Shown: piece by piece, positions 34,502 to 43,967 of the stretch
Layout of the letters: the number at the start of each line of letters is the position of its first letter
How positions within the stretch are numbered: position 1 is the stretch's first letter
Notes under the pieces: generated by a model
What the model was told of the DNA's origin: nothing
Databases searched by the model: none
What the model saw: the letters and a program-made list of their open reading frames with translations, nothing else
Program-made: the position numbers and the translations under genes
DNA from: Deinococcales bacterium
GTDB lineage: Bacteria > Deinococcota > Deinococci > Deinococcales > JAAFIG01
Direction: 5' to 3'
DNA: 64,000 nucleotides
Assembly (NCBI GenBank): GCA_013298595.1
Contig: JAAFIG010000016.1
Span: 10,338 to 74,337, forward strand

Positions 34502-35637
34502 CAGTGCACCTCCCCAATCTGATCTAAACGCGTACTACCTGCTAAAACAACAATCAAATTGGCTGGTAAATGCGCGAATAATTCGTCTTCAATAGCAAAA
34601 TCAGAATCTTGCACTCCACCATTCATGGTGTTTACCTCGAGTTCAAGTTGACTATTGGTACGAACTCGGTACGCACCCGTTGCACCTTGGTAAATATCGT
34701 CTGTCACAGAAACAGCTACTGTGTTCTGCTGCGATAACTGGGTTCTGGACAACTGAATTTTCTCTGGGCGAATGGACAACAAAACATCTTGACCAATCGC
34801 TGGTAAAAAATCATTAACCATTAACTCGCCAAGTTGCGTTTTGACTCGAGCCTCACCACACACTGTTCCTTCAAGCAAATTACTCGAGCCTAGGAATTTT
34901 GCCACAAAAGCATTGGCTGGGCGTTCATACATTTCTTGTACACCACCAAGTTGCTCGATGACACCTTTATTCATCACTGCCATGCGATCAGACATAGTGA
35001 GTGCCTCCTCTTGATCGTGAGTCACAAAGATAAAGGTTAAACCCAGCCGAGCTTGTAAACGCATTAACTCGACTTGCAAATTGACCCGCAACTTTCTGTC
35101 TAATGCCGAAAGTGGTTCATCTAATAACAACACTTGTGGCTCATTAACTATTGCCCTTGCCAACGCCACCCGCTGCCGCTGCCCACCCGATAATTGGGCT
35201 GGACGACGCTCAGCAAACGCCGAAATTTCTACCATCTCGAGCGCATTTTGCACTTTTGTTTTCACTTCTGCACTCGGCACTTTCCGCATCCGCAAACCAA
35301 ATGCCACATTATCCGCCACTGTCATATGCGGAAACAAGGCATAATTCTGAAAAACTGTATTGACACTGCGCTGATTTGGCGGCAACGGTGCAACATCCTG
35401 CCCACGCAGCAACACCGCACCCGAATCGGCAAATTCAAAACCTGCCAAAATCCGTAGCAAAGTAGTTTTACCGCACCCCGATGGACCCAGCAAACTAAAA
35501 AACTCACCACGCCGAATCTCGAGATTAATACCTTTTAGAACCTCAACATCACCAAAAGCCTTACGAATATCTTTGAAATGCACATCAACGCTTTCCTCGA
35601 GAACCCGTTTGCGCCGCTGACCAATGTTTAAGTCCAT
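34501..35637 (-). CDS. potA: spermidine/putrescine ABC transporter ATP-binding protein
   Basis: Walker A GPSGCGKTT, signature LSGGQRQR, Walker B LLLDEP, and a C-terminal TOBE-like domain. Confidence 0.9.
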   Translation of the reverse strand: MDLNIGQRRKRVLEESVDVHFKDIRKAFGDVEVLKGINLEIRRGEFFSLLGPSGCGKTTLLRILAGFEFADSGAVLLRGQDVAPLPPNQRSVNTVFQNYALFPHMTVADNVAFGLRMRKVPSAEVKTKVQNALEMVEISAFAERRPAQLSGGQRQRVALARAIVNEPQVLLLDEPLSALDRKLRVNLQVELMRLQARLGLTFIFVTHDQEEALTMSDRMAVMNKGVIEQLGGVQEMYERPANAFVAKFLGSSNLLEGTVCGEARVKTQLGELMVNDFLPAIGQDVLLSIRPEKIQLSRTQLSQQNTVAVSVTDDIYQGATGAYRVRTNSQLELEVNTMNGGVQDSDFAIEDELFAHLPANLIVVLAGSTRLDQIGEVH

Positions 35638-35676
35638 GTACCATCATACATGAGGTGAAAGCTTGAATGGCAACCC

Positions 35677-35729
35677 AAAAGGCTCGAGGTATATAAAGGT
35701 AAACTATCAAGAGTTGACTCGAGCCTTTT
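35677..35729. promoter_or_regulatory. 12-bp perfect inverted repeat (each arm contains CTCGAG) in the divergent potA promoter region
   Basis: AAAAGGCTCGAG (35677-35688) and CTCGAGCCTTTT (35718-35729) are separated by 29 nt containing TATATAAAGGT. Confidence 0.3.
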
Positions 35730-35817
35730 CTATCCAGTTCTTGAAATGTTAGTTTAGGGCAATTCGGTCAAGTATGAACCAGCTTTTATCTATGTCAAAA
35801 CCCGAGAATGTTACTCA

Positions 35818-36330
35818 ATGAGATGGACTGATTTTGGTATTCAAAATCAGTTATTCGACTTGTCACATCTTGACCAGTTTGATCATGTGTATTTGCTTTC
35901 TGACGGCAGTTCCCATTGTGTCACTATTCGCTTTTCACATCATTGTTTCACTGATCATCCAAGTCCAACGGATGACCCTGATTCATCGTTTGTGATTGGT
36001 AAAGACCGCCGAACCTTTGATGTCCAGCGCTGGCAACTTTCCCAACGTTTACCCCAGATTATTAAAACCCTCGAGACACGCTATATCTCACACACTGACC
36101 ACCAAAGTTTTTTCACGGTTGAATTGGTCAATGAGCGGGGGCAGCCACAAGACTATGAGGTGTATTTTGAAGTTACCAAGGATACCAAAACCAAGCGTTT
36201 GTACCTGACTGTCAAAAGTGCTTATTCTCGAGACCCTAACCGAAACACACAGCGTCCCAAGTCTCGCAAAATTCGTTTGCTTGTAATTCTGCGAAACGCA
36301 CAGCAAAACAAACCGATTCGCAGGCAATAG
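35818..36330 (+). CDS. hypothetical protein
   Basis: 170-codon ORF with a basic C-terminus, followed directly by a strong terminator. No family recognised. Confidence 0.5.
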   Translation: MRWTDFGIQNQLFDLSHLDQFDHVYLLSDGSSHCVTIRFSHHCFTDHPSPTDDPDSSFVIGKDRRTFDVQRWQLSQRLPQIIKTLETRYISHTDHQSFFTVELVNERGQPQDYEVYFEVTKDTKTKRLYLTVKSAYSRDPNRNTQRPKSRKIRLLVILRNAQQNKPIRRQ

Positions 36331-36358
36331 AAAAGCCCGCCGAAACGGGCTTTTACCT
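36331..36358. terminator. rho-independent terminator (usable on both strands)
   Basis: AAAAGCCCG-CCGAAA-CGGGCTTTT, then TACC. An A-run and a T-run flank the GC stem. Confidence 0.7.
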
Positions 36359-36692
36359 TCCCTTGTGTCTTGGGATATGACCAGACCAGCTGGAAACCTT
36401 TGCAGGCGCACACTAGAACATTCGCAGAACGAACCAGGGGTTACATCCTAGCTTCGCCATATTATCATAAATAATAGTTGACAAAATTAGATAATACTGG
36501 GTCACTAAAAGTTGTACACGTATGTGAGTGAAAGTAAGCGTTTTGCGTTAGGAAGCATCAAAGTGGTCATACTTCCCTGTTGCTAACTTTTGCTTTTAGC
36601 AAACTGTTTTTCGATATCTAAAATTTTGCTCTGAATCCAATGTATGTTTTGCACTTCAAAAACCGTCAACACGCTCTATATTGTTTTCACTC

Positions 36693-37481
36693 ATGTGTGT
36701 TCGTTTAGCGATAATTACCGATTTACACCACGGGCGCGACACTGGAAAAGTGCGTGGTCCTTTGGCATTGCCTTTACTCAAAGACATTCTTTCCGAGATT
36801 CATCAAGCCGAACCTGATGCGGTACTCGAGTTGGGTGATCGGCTAACCGATGAAAATCCCGAGTTAGATCGGATTCGGTTGCTCGAGTTAGCTTCTGAAT
36901 TTAAGCGTTTGCCGTATCCGCGTCATCACATTAGTGGTAATCACGATATGTTGCCTAAAGCCGAGCAGGAAGCGATTCTTGGGGCGAATCTGGGTAATCA
37001 TAGTGTGGAATTAGATGGTTGGTTGCTGATTTTCCTCGAGTCTTATGATGGCACAACCAGTGGATTGGTAACACCTGCTACTGCTTTTTGGCTCAAGGAG
37101 ACATTGGCAAAAACCGCTTTGCCTTGTGTGGTTTTTTCGCATCAACCTTTGCATGGGCAGTGGTTAGAAGGTAATCAGTATTTTGAAACCGAGTACCGAG
37201 AACATGCTTCTGTCAAAGGTGCGGATGTTATTCGAGGCATTCTCGAGCAAAGTGCTAAGGTGCGTTTATGCGTTTCGGGGCATTGTCATTGGTTTGATGC
37301 TCGTCAGGTTAATGGTATTGATTACCTGACACTCTTAGGACCAACCGAATCGCATTGGACAAATGGTGAAGCCAGTGGTGCTTGGACATTACTCGAGTTA
37401 AGTGATGTGATTACAGTACAGCAATTTGGGGGCGCTCCAAAGCACATCAGTTTAGCTTCTCGAGTTAAACTCATGGCATGA
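36693..37481 (+). CDS. metallophosphoesterase (calcineurin-like)
   Basis: Motifs ITDLHHG, GDRLTD, GNHD, SHQP and GHCH. Start is ATG 36693 or TTG 36681. Confidence 0.8.
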   Translation: MCVRLAIITDLHHGRDTGKVRGPLALPLLKDILSEIHQAEPDAVLELGDRLTDENPELDRIRLLELASEFKRLPYPRHHISGNHDMLPKAEQEAILGANLGNHSVELDGWLLIFLESYDGTTSGLVTPATAFWLKETLAKTALPCVVFSHQPLHGQWLEGNQYFETEYREHASVKGADVIRGILEQSAKVRLCVSGHCHWFDARQVNGIDYLTLLGPTESHWTNGEASGAWTLLELSDVITVQQFGGAPKHISLASRVKLMA

Positions 37482-38254
37482 CCGATTTTCTTACCATTGC
37501 CATGAAAGCTGCGAGAGCCGCTGGTGCTATTCAACTCGAGTACATTGGTCAGGATTTAAGTATTGAAAGTAAAAGCGTGGATTCGGATTTGGTAACCATT
37601 GTGGATGCTAAATGCGAAGCCATTATTCGCCAGATCATTCTCAAAGCTTTTCCTGACCATGCCATTCTTGGTGAAGAAGGTGGCACAGTTGGTAGTAATG
37701 CGTATCAATGGATTGTTGATCCTTTGGATGGCACTGTGAATTACGCGCATGGTTTCCCGTTTTACTGTGTTTCAATTGCTCTCGAGCATCATGGGCAGCG
37801 TTTGGTTGGTGTGGTTTTTGATCCAAATCGCAACGAATTATTTCATGCCACAAAAGATGGTGGCGCTTTTTTAAACAACAAAGCAATTCGTGTTTCACAG
37901 CAAGCTACTTTGACAGGTCGGGCGATGCTGGCAACAGGTTTTCCTTATGATACCCAAACAGCTTTAATTGCACTCGAGGTTTTTAAGCGTTTTCTGGCAC
38001 TTGGTTTACCGATTCGTCGTCCTGGAGCAGCGGCACTGGATTTATGTTATGTGGCTTGTGGGCGAATAGATGGTTTTTTCGAGTATAAACTCAATGCTTG
38101 GGATTGTGCAGCTGGTATTTTAATCATCGAACAAGCGGGTGGTAAAGTCAGTAATTTTATTGGTGAAACATATGCCTATGCAGATAAGAAAATCGTTGCC
38201 AGCAACAATTTGGTGCATCAGGCGATGCTTGAGCGTATTAACACACCTGTATAA
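37478..38254 (+). CDS. inositol monophosphatase family protein
   Basis: IMPase signatures EE..G, WIVDPLDGTVNYAHG and WDCAAG. ATGA overlap with the upstream phosphoesterase gene. Confidence 0.9.
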   Translation: MTDFLTIAMKAARAAGAIQLEYIGQDLSIESKSVDSDLVTIVDAKCEAIIRQIILKAFPDHAILGEEGGTVGSNAYQWIVDPLDGTVNYAHGFPFYCVSIALEHHGQRLVGVVFDPNRNELFHATKDGGAFLNNKAIRVSQQATLTGRAMLATGFPYDTQTALIALEVFKRFLALGLPIRRPGAAALDLCYVACGRIDGFFEYKLNAWDCAAGILIIEQAGGKVSNFIGETYAYADKKIVASNNLVHQAMLERINTPV

Positions 38255-39388
38255 TTACTTATGAGCATCTTGTAACGAAGTCCAAATATGTTCGGCAATG
38301 CGGTACACCGCTTCTGGTTCGGCAAGTTTTTGCACTGCTGCCTGCATTGCCTCAAGTTTACCTGGAGTACTGAGTACTTGCTCGAGGGTAGCTGCAACTT
38401 TTTGTGCCCCTTCGGCATATAAACCAGCGCCTTGTTGAACAACATATTCGGCGTTCGGCGATTCTTGGTATTTGATTGCACCATTGAGAATCATCGGGGT
38501 ACCAAGTGCTGCTGCTTCAACAATGGTGGCAGGTCCAGCTTTAGAAATCAGTACATCCGCTGCCCGTAAAAACAGATCAAAATCGGTAGTGAAACCATAA
38601 ATGATCGTTTTTTTACGCCATTGTATGGTCTCGAGTGATTCTTTCAAGGCAACGTTTTTACCCGCCAGTACCACCAGCTGGGCATTGGCTACACTGGCAT
38701 CAATGGCTTTGGCTGTCTCGAGCATTGGTCCCATGCCGTCGCCACCGCCTGCAAGAATAACAATTTTGGCATCCTGATCCCAACCAAGTTTGGCTCGAGC
38801 TGCGGCTTGGGTTAAGTGCATTTTAGAAAATCTTGGGTGCATCACAGGACCCGTGAGAATCAGTTTACTAGCATCTATACCCAGTTCTAATCCTCGAGTT
38901 AATGCTGGTGGTACTGGAACCAAGGTTTTATCAGCTCGGTTGTCGTACCATAACGAACTGGGCTTGGCATAATCGGTAATAACAGTTAAGAAAGGAATTT
39001 GCCGTTTTTGTTTACGTAGAGCATCCACACTTGGGCGCACAAATGCGCCATGCACACAAACAACAATATCAGCTGGGTGACGCTGGTACAAATACTTAAT
39101 TTTAGGAAAAACCACTTTTGAATAAACTCGATGCCCTAAACCTTTACGAAAAACTCGGTCGGTCAACCAGAATTGGGCTTCGTAACTGGCAGGATGGTTG
39201 TTGTACCAGATGCCATAGGTTTTCGGTAAGGTATTGAGTGGAAAAGGGGCAAAATCACGAAACATATCAACCAATTCGTACTGTAATTGATTAGGGTATT
39301 TTTCATCCAAGGCTGCCGTTATTGCCCGACAAGCTGCCCGATGTCCCCCACCTGTATCGGACATCAAGAACAAAACCCGTTTCGCCAT
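38255..39388 (-). CDS. GT28 glycosyltransferase, MGDG-synthase-like (copy a)
   Basis: MAKRVLFLMSDTGGGHRAA N-terminal MGDG_synth motif plus a GT-B C-terminal domain (ISKAGPATIVEAAALGTPMIL). Confidence 0.85.
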   Translation of the reverse strand: MAKRVLFLMSDTGGGHRAACRAITAALDEKYPNQLQYELVDMFRDFAPFPLNTLPKTYGIWYNNHPASYEAQFWLTDRVFRKGLGHRVYSKVVFPKIKYLYQRHPADIVVCVHGAFVRPSVDALRKQKRQIPFLTVITDYAKPSSLWYDNRADKTLVPVPPALTRGLELGIDASKLILTGPVMHPRFSKMHLTQAAARAKLGWDQDAKIVILAGGGDGMGPMLETAKAIDASVANAQLVVLAGKNVALKESLETIQWRKKTIIYGFTTDFDLFLRAADVLISKAGPATIVEAAALGTPMILNGAIKYQESPNAEYVVQQGAGLYAEGAQKVAATLEQVLSTPGKLEAMQAAVQKLAEPEAVYRIAEHIWTSLQDAHK

Positions 39389-39436
39389 AGACAGCAGTTT
39401 AACCTAAAATGTATTCGGACTCGAGGGCAAAAACAG

Positions 39437-40465
39437 CTATTTTTCTGCTGGTTTTGTCTGATTTTTTTCTGCCGATGCACGTAGTAACGCCATACCGCCA
39501 ATTAATGGACCAATGAAAATATAAAAATAAAACGATAAGAAACGCCACATCAACACCAAAGGAGTACGGGCTTCACTTGAGATACCAACAGCAGCAAAAA
39601 CCTTCCCAAGGGCAAATTCAAAGTACCCACCACCACCAGGGGTTGGAGCGGCAAAACTCGAGAAAACCACTAAACTTTGGGCTGCCATGACTGCTACATG
39701 ATCAAAATTTGGTAAACCAAGCGCCCACGCCACCACATTAAAAGCAGCAAAGTGAAAAATCCAACCAAATCCATTCATCACATGTAACAAAATTTGGGTT
39801 GGAATAGTCATGCGCCGCAAACTCGAGACTTCTTCTTCCGTACGTTGCACAAAAGCAAAAGCACCACGGCGAAAACGTTGTAAAAAGCGAAGACTAAAAA
39901 TAGACCAAACTATTTTTGATAAAAAAGCTGACCCATAAGCAATACCCCAAGCTACTGCTAACATCAAACCAGCACCACCAAAACCCAGTAATGCCACCAA
40001 CCAGTAACCAATACTGATAATGTGTTTTGCCTCGAGAATAAACAGTGCTACAGGCAACGACCAAGCATAAAACACCAAATCTAAAACCACGCTATACACA
40101 GCAATAGCAGTGGCTTTATTGGCATCCATAAAACGGCTGAGATACCAACCCAACCCAAAGCTTGCACCCGTGGCAGCAGGTGTAACAGCGGCACTGAATA
40201 AACCCAGCAAACTGGCTTGAGTGCCGCGCCAAACCGATATTTTCTTACCTTCTGGAAATTGGGCTGCTAAAATTTTCACCCGAAAACCCATGCACAACCA
40301 CCATGCCATAATCACGGGAATCAGGCTGGCAGCACCAATGGGTTGAATCTGAATAGTGGCAGTAAATTCAGATAAATTGAATTTCTCACCTGTCAGTAGC
40401 AGCAATGCCACAGCTGCAATAGAAAAAGCAACAGAAATAAGAATCGTACGAATGGGACTACTCAC
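39437..40465 (-). CDS. UPF0104 / LPG-synthase-TM (MprF flippase-domain-like) membrane protein (copy a)
   Basis: Polytopic membrane protein with the characteristic TPGGGGYFE motif near the C-terminus. Sandwiched between two GT28 genes. Confidence 0.75.
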   Translation of the reverse strand: MSSPIRTILISVAFSIAAVALLLLTGEKFNLSEFTATIQIQPIGAASLIPVIMAWWLCMGFRVKILAAQFPEGKKISVWRGTQASLLGLFSAAVTPAATGASFGLGWYLSRFMDANKATAIAVYSVVLDLVFYAWSLPVALFILEAKHIISIGYWLVALLGFGGAGLMLAVAWGIAYGSAFLSKIVWSIFSLRFLQRFRRGAFAFVQRTEEEVSSLRRMTIPTQILLHVMNGFGWIFHFAAFNVVAWALGLPNFDHVAVMAAQSLVVFSSFAAPTPGGGGYFEFALGKVFAAVGISSEARTPLVLMWRFLSFYFYIFIGPLIGGMALLRASAEKNQTKPAEK

Positions 40466-40498
40466 ACATACCAGTCTGCCACATCTCGAGCTTAGAAG

Positions 40499-41623
40499 TC
40501 ACGGGGTTAAACTCCTCATGATTTCATCAGCAATTCGGTATACAGCATCAGGCACTGCTAGTTTTTTGACTGCAACCTCTAAAGCCTCGAGTTTACCTGG
40601 GGTACTAAGCACTTGCTGGAGCGCATCTGCCACATTCTCTGCACCTTCGGCATACAAACCAGCGCCTTGTTGAACAACATATTCGGCGTTCGGCGATTCT
40701 TGGTATTTGATTGCACCGTTAAGAATCATCGGGGTACCAAGGGCTGCTGCTTCAGTAATCGTGGCAGGTCCAGCTTTAGAAATCAGTACATCCGCTGCCC
40801 GTAAAAACAAATCAAAATCTGGAGTGAAACCATACACCAACGTTTTTTTACGCCATTGCACCGCCTCGAGCGAAGCTTGCAGAGCCACATTCTTACCCGC
40901 TAAAACAACCAATTGCGCGTTAGGAACACCAGCATCAATAGCGATAGCTGTCTCGAGAATCGGACCCATGCCATCGCCACCACCAACCAAGACAGCAATT
41001 TTTGCCTCCTGATCCCAACCAAGTTGTGCTCGGGCTTGGTGTTTTGTCATCGTCATCTTAGAAAATCTGGGGTGCATGACTGGACCTGTCAGAATCAGTT
41101 TAGCTGGGTCTATGCCTAACTCAAGTCCGCGTTGATAGGCTGGTTCAACTGGCACTAAGGTTTTATCAGCTTTGCTTGCATACCAAAGAGACGTTGGTAA
41201 AGCGTAATCTGTGACCACCGTAATAAATGGTATTTGTTGTTCTTGTTGTCGTAAAACTTCGACACTTGGACGAACAAATACACTGTGTACACAGACTACT
41301 ATATCTGCTTGGTGTTGCTGATAAAGATGTTTAATTTTTTGAAATAAATACTTTGAGTAAAAACGATCTCCAATTCCTGAACGAAATACTCGATCAGTAA
41401 TCCAAAATTGGGCAGCGTAACTCCACGGATAACGATTAACCCAAGTACCATAGGTATGTGGCAAAGTACTAAAAGGGTATGGGGTGTAATGCTGCCACAT
41501 ATCTACCAGTTCGGCTTCAAAAACCCCTGGATAGCACTCATCCAGTGCTGCCATTATGGCAGTACAAGCCGCCCGATGCCCGCCACCTGTATCGGACATC
41601 AAAAACAGCAAGCGCTTCGCCAT
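40499..41623 (-). CDS. GT28 glycosyltransferase, MGDG-synthase-like (copy b)
   Basis: MAKRLLFLMSDTGGGHRAA. Alignable end to end with copy a, roughly 70% amino-acid identity by eye. Confidence 0.85.
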   Translation of the reverse strand: MAKRLLFLMSDTGGGHRAACTAIMAALDECYPGVFEAELVDMWQHYTPYPFSTLPHTYGTWVNRYPWSYAAQFWITDRVFRSGIGDRFYSKYLFQKIKHLYQQHQADIVVCVHSVFVRPSVEVLRQQEQQIPFITVVTDYALPTSLWYASKADKTLVPVEPAYQRGLELGIDPAKLILTGPVMHPRFSKMTMTKHQARAQLGWDQEAKIAVLVGGGDGMGPILETAIAIDAGVPNAQLVVLAGKNVALQASLEAVQWRKKTLVYGFTPDFDLFLRAADVLISKAGPATITEAAALGTPMILNGAIKYQESPNAEYVVQQGAGLYAEGAENVADALQQVLSTPGKLEALEVAVKKLAVPDAVYRIADEIMRSLTP

Positions 41624-41706
41624 AATTTAATTCTACCCTTAAACACGTCTTGCAAGTGCATTGTATTTTGCTGTGCGAATTGATTGTCCCATGTATACTG
41701 GTCATC

Positions 41707-42861
41707 GTGGCTAAACCGCGTATTCTCTTGGCAATGATTACCGTAGGCAATGGGCATAAAGCTCCTGCCGACGCAATAAAATCAGGTCTCGAGCGGTTAT
41801 ATCCGAATCAATTTGAAATAGATGTGCTCGATTTTACGGCGGCTGTCGGCGATTTAGCTTTTGATAAACGCCACAAAGATTCGTGGAATTGGATGCTCAA
41901 ATACCCAAGTTTTGCTTATTGGGGTCAAGTGATCATGGATTCAATTGTGCCTGTTAAATTTACACGCTTTGTACAAAAAAAAATGTTACGCCAACATGCA
42001 GCACACGCCACCACTTTTATCAAAGAAAAACAATACGCACTTGTGGTAGCTACCCATTTTTTTACCATCCAAGCCATCGCTTTAGCCAAAGACGAATTTG
42101 ACTTAAAAATACCATTGGTTGGTTTTGATGCAGACCCTTTTGATGCCCATGCAATGTGGGTTGAACCAAGTGCCGATGAGATCATTGTTGCCAGTCAGCA
42201 AGCCAAAGAAAAATTGATTCAAAAAACCATGCCAGCCAACAAAATCAGTGTTTATAATTACCCTTTTGCCACACAATTTACCGAAAACCTGCCAAGCCAA
42301 GCAGCAGCTCGAGCCGAATTAAACCTCGAAAATACCATGCTTACTATTTTACAATCCGCTGGCGGCGAAGGTATTGGTGGGCAACTCGAGCAATCAGTTG
42401 AATCTGTTTTTCAAGCCAATTTACCAGTGCAATACATCGTCATTTGTGGGCGAAATACCGAGTTACTCGAGCGTTTAGAGGGTATGGCTGCACGCTTTCC
42501 CAATTCAAAAGTTCGTTTTGTAGTCAAAGGATTTATCGAAAATATGCCAACTTGGATCATTGCAAGCGATTTAATTCTTGGTAAAGCTGGAGCTGCGAGT
42601 ACCATGGAAGCTCTGATCCTTGGAAAACCCATTTTCCATGTTAGTTACGTTGCTTATAACGATCGTGCCAATATGGAATGGTGTGTCAAGCAAGGTGTTA
42701 GCGAATTTATCCCAAAACCAGAGCAATTACTCGAAGTTTTACAAAGATTTCTCAAGCATCCAGAGCAATTAACAATGTTACACGCTCGAGTACGTGAATT
42801 AAATATTCAATCTGGAACCCTTGATATTGCTAAGCATTTGGTCGAGAGGTATTTGCAATAA
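41707..42861 (+). CDS. GT28 glycosyltransferase, MGDG-synthase-like (divergent copy c)
   Basis: VAKPRILLAMITVGNGHKAP aligns with the MAKR.LFLMSDTGGGHRAA N-terminus of copies a and b, supporting GTG 41707 as the start (track ORF starts at 41650). GT-B C-terminal domain (LGKAGAASTMEALILGKP). Confidence 0.75.
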   Translation: MAKPRILLAMITVGNGHKAPADAIKSGLERLYPNQFEIDVLDFTAAVGDLAFDKRHKDSWNWMLKYPSFAYWGQVIMDSIVPVKFTRFVQKKMLRQHAAHATTFIKEKQYALVVATHFFTIQAIALAKDEFDLKIPLVGFDADPFDAHAMWVEPSADEIIVASQQAKEKLIQKTMPANKISVYNYPFATQFTENLPSQAAARAELNLENTMLTILQSAGGEGIGGQLEQSVESVFQANLPVQYIVICGRNTELLERLEGMAARFPNSKVRFVVKGFIENMPTWIIASDLILGKAGAASTMEALILGKPIFHVSYVAYNDRANMEWCVKQGVSEFIPKPEQLLEVLQRFLKHPEQLTMLHARVRELNIQSGTLDIAKHLVERYLQ

Positions 42862-43967
42862 TGGTGTGGTTTCTGACATTACCTTGGTTGCTGCTGAGTG
42901 TTCATACATTAATAAATGCCGTACTCTTCAAGCGCTTAGCTTCATTTCCGCGAGCAAAAAAACAGCCTTTGGTTACGATTTTAGTACCCGCTCGTAATGA
43001 AGAAATTTCTTTACCTGTGCTGTTACCAACATTATTAGCGCAAAATTACCCACAACTCGAGATTATTATCTTAAATGACCACTCAACTGATGGTACACAA
43101 ACCATTCTCGAGTCCATTTCTGATAGGCGTTTGCGGGTGATACAGGGTGGCGAATTACAAGCAGGATGGCGCGGCAAAGCCAATGCTTGCGATCAACTTG
43201 CCAAAGTTGCCACTGGCGAGATTCTCATTTTTACTGATGCTGATACGATATGGCATCCTGATGCCACCCAACACATTGTAGCTGCTTTTGAGCACAGCCA
43301 AGCCGAGGTACTTTCGGCTTGGTCAGAACAAATCCTGACCAGTCGTTTCTCGAGATGGTTACAGCCGTTTATCGCTTGGTCAACAGTTGCCCTGATGCCA
43401 ATGCCACTAGCTGCTGATTCAAGATTCCCTGATATCGTTTCGGCGAATGGGCAATTATTTGCGTATACCAAAGCAGCGTACAATAAATTTGGTGGTTTTG
43501 CCCGAGTAAAATCTTCGGTACTCGAGGATATAGATTGTGCTAAATTACTCAAAAAAGAAGGCTATAACTACCGTTTCTTCAATGCCTTAGGGTCAATCAA
43601 ATGCAAAATGTACAACAACGATGCCGAAGTTATAGATGGGTTTTCTCGAGGTTCATTTGCAGTACTCAACTACCAACCAGTATCTGTTGTTGGAACAGCG
43701 ATTTTATTTTTATGGTTATTTATTGCACCAATCATTTGGTTTTTACTGGCATTGCTTAGTGGTGCCGATATTGGGCTACCAGCCCTCACCGTAGCCTTGA
43801 TGATTATTAGCCGAGCAAGAACCGATCTCGAGTTTGGTTTCCCAATTCAATTATCGTTGACAACACCAATATCAGCAATCTGCTGGACGTATATCGCTTT
43901 TTTGTCATGGTATCGCTATGCCACTGGGAGAATCAGTTGGAAGGGACGAACTTACGATATGCGTTAA
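42861..43967 (+). CDS. membrane-bound GT2 glycosyltransferase, CrtQ/HpnI-like (copy a)
   Basis: GT-A motifs LVPARNEE, LNDHSTDGT and FTDADT, then C-terminal TM helices, ending WKGRTYDMR. Start overlaps the GT28c stop. Confidence 0.8.
   Translation: MVWFLTLPWLLLSVHTLINAVLFKRLASFPRAKKQPLVTILVPARNEEISLPVLLPTLLAQNYPQLEIIILNDHSTDGTQTILESISDRRLRVIQGGELQAGWRGKANACDQLAKVATGEILIFTDADTIWHPDATQHIVAAFEHSQAEVLSAWSEQILTSRFSRWLQPFIAWSTVALMPMPLAADSRFPDIVSANGQLFAYTKAAYNKFGGFARVKSSVLEDIDCAKLLKKEGYNYRFFNALGSIKCKMYNNDAEVIDGFSRGSFAVLNYQPVSVVGTAILFLWLFIAPIIWFLLALLSGADIGLPALTVALMIISRARTDLEFGFPIQLSLTTPISAICWTYIAFLSWYRYATGRISWKGRTYDMR

Noticed and set aside
36360-36460. Possible SRP (4.5S) or 6S RNA in the long intergenic region
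   Set aside because: The conserved SRP domain IV sequence (GGUCCGGAAGGAAGCAGCC-like) and a 6S-type long imperfect duplex are not recognisable.
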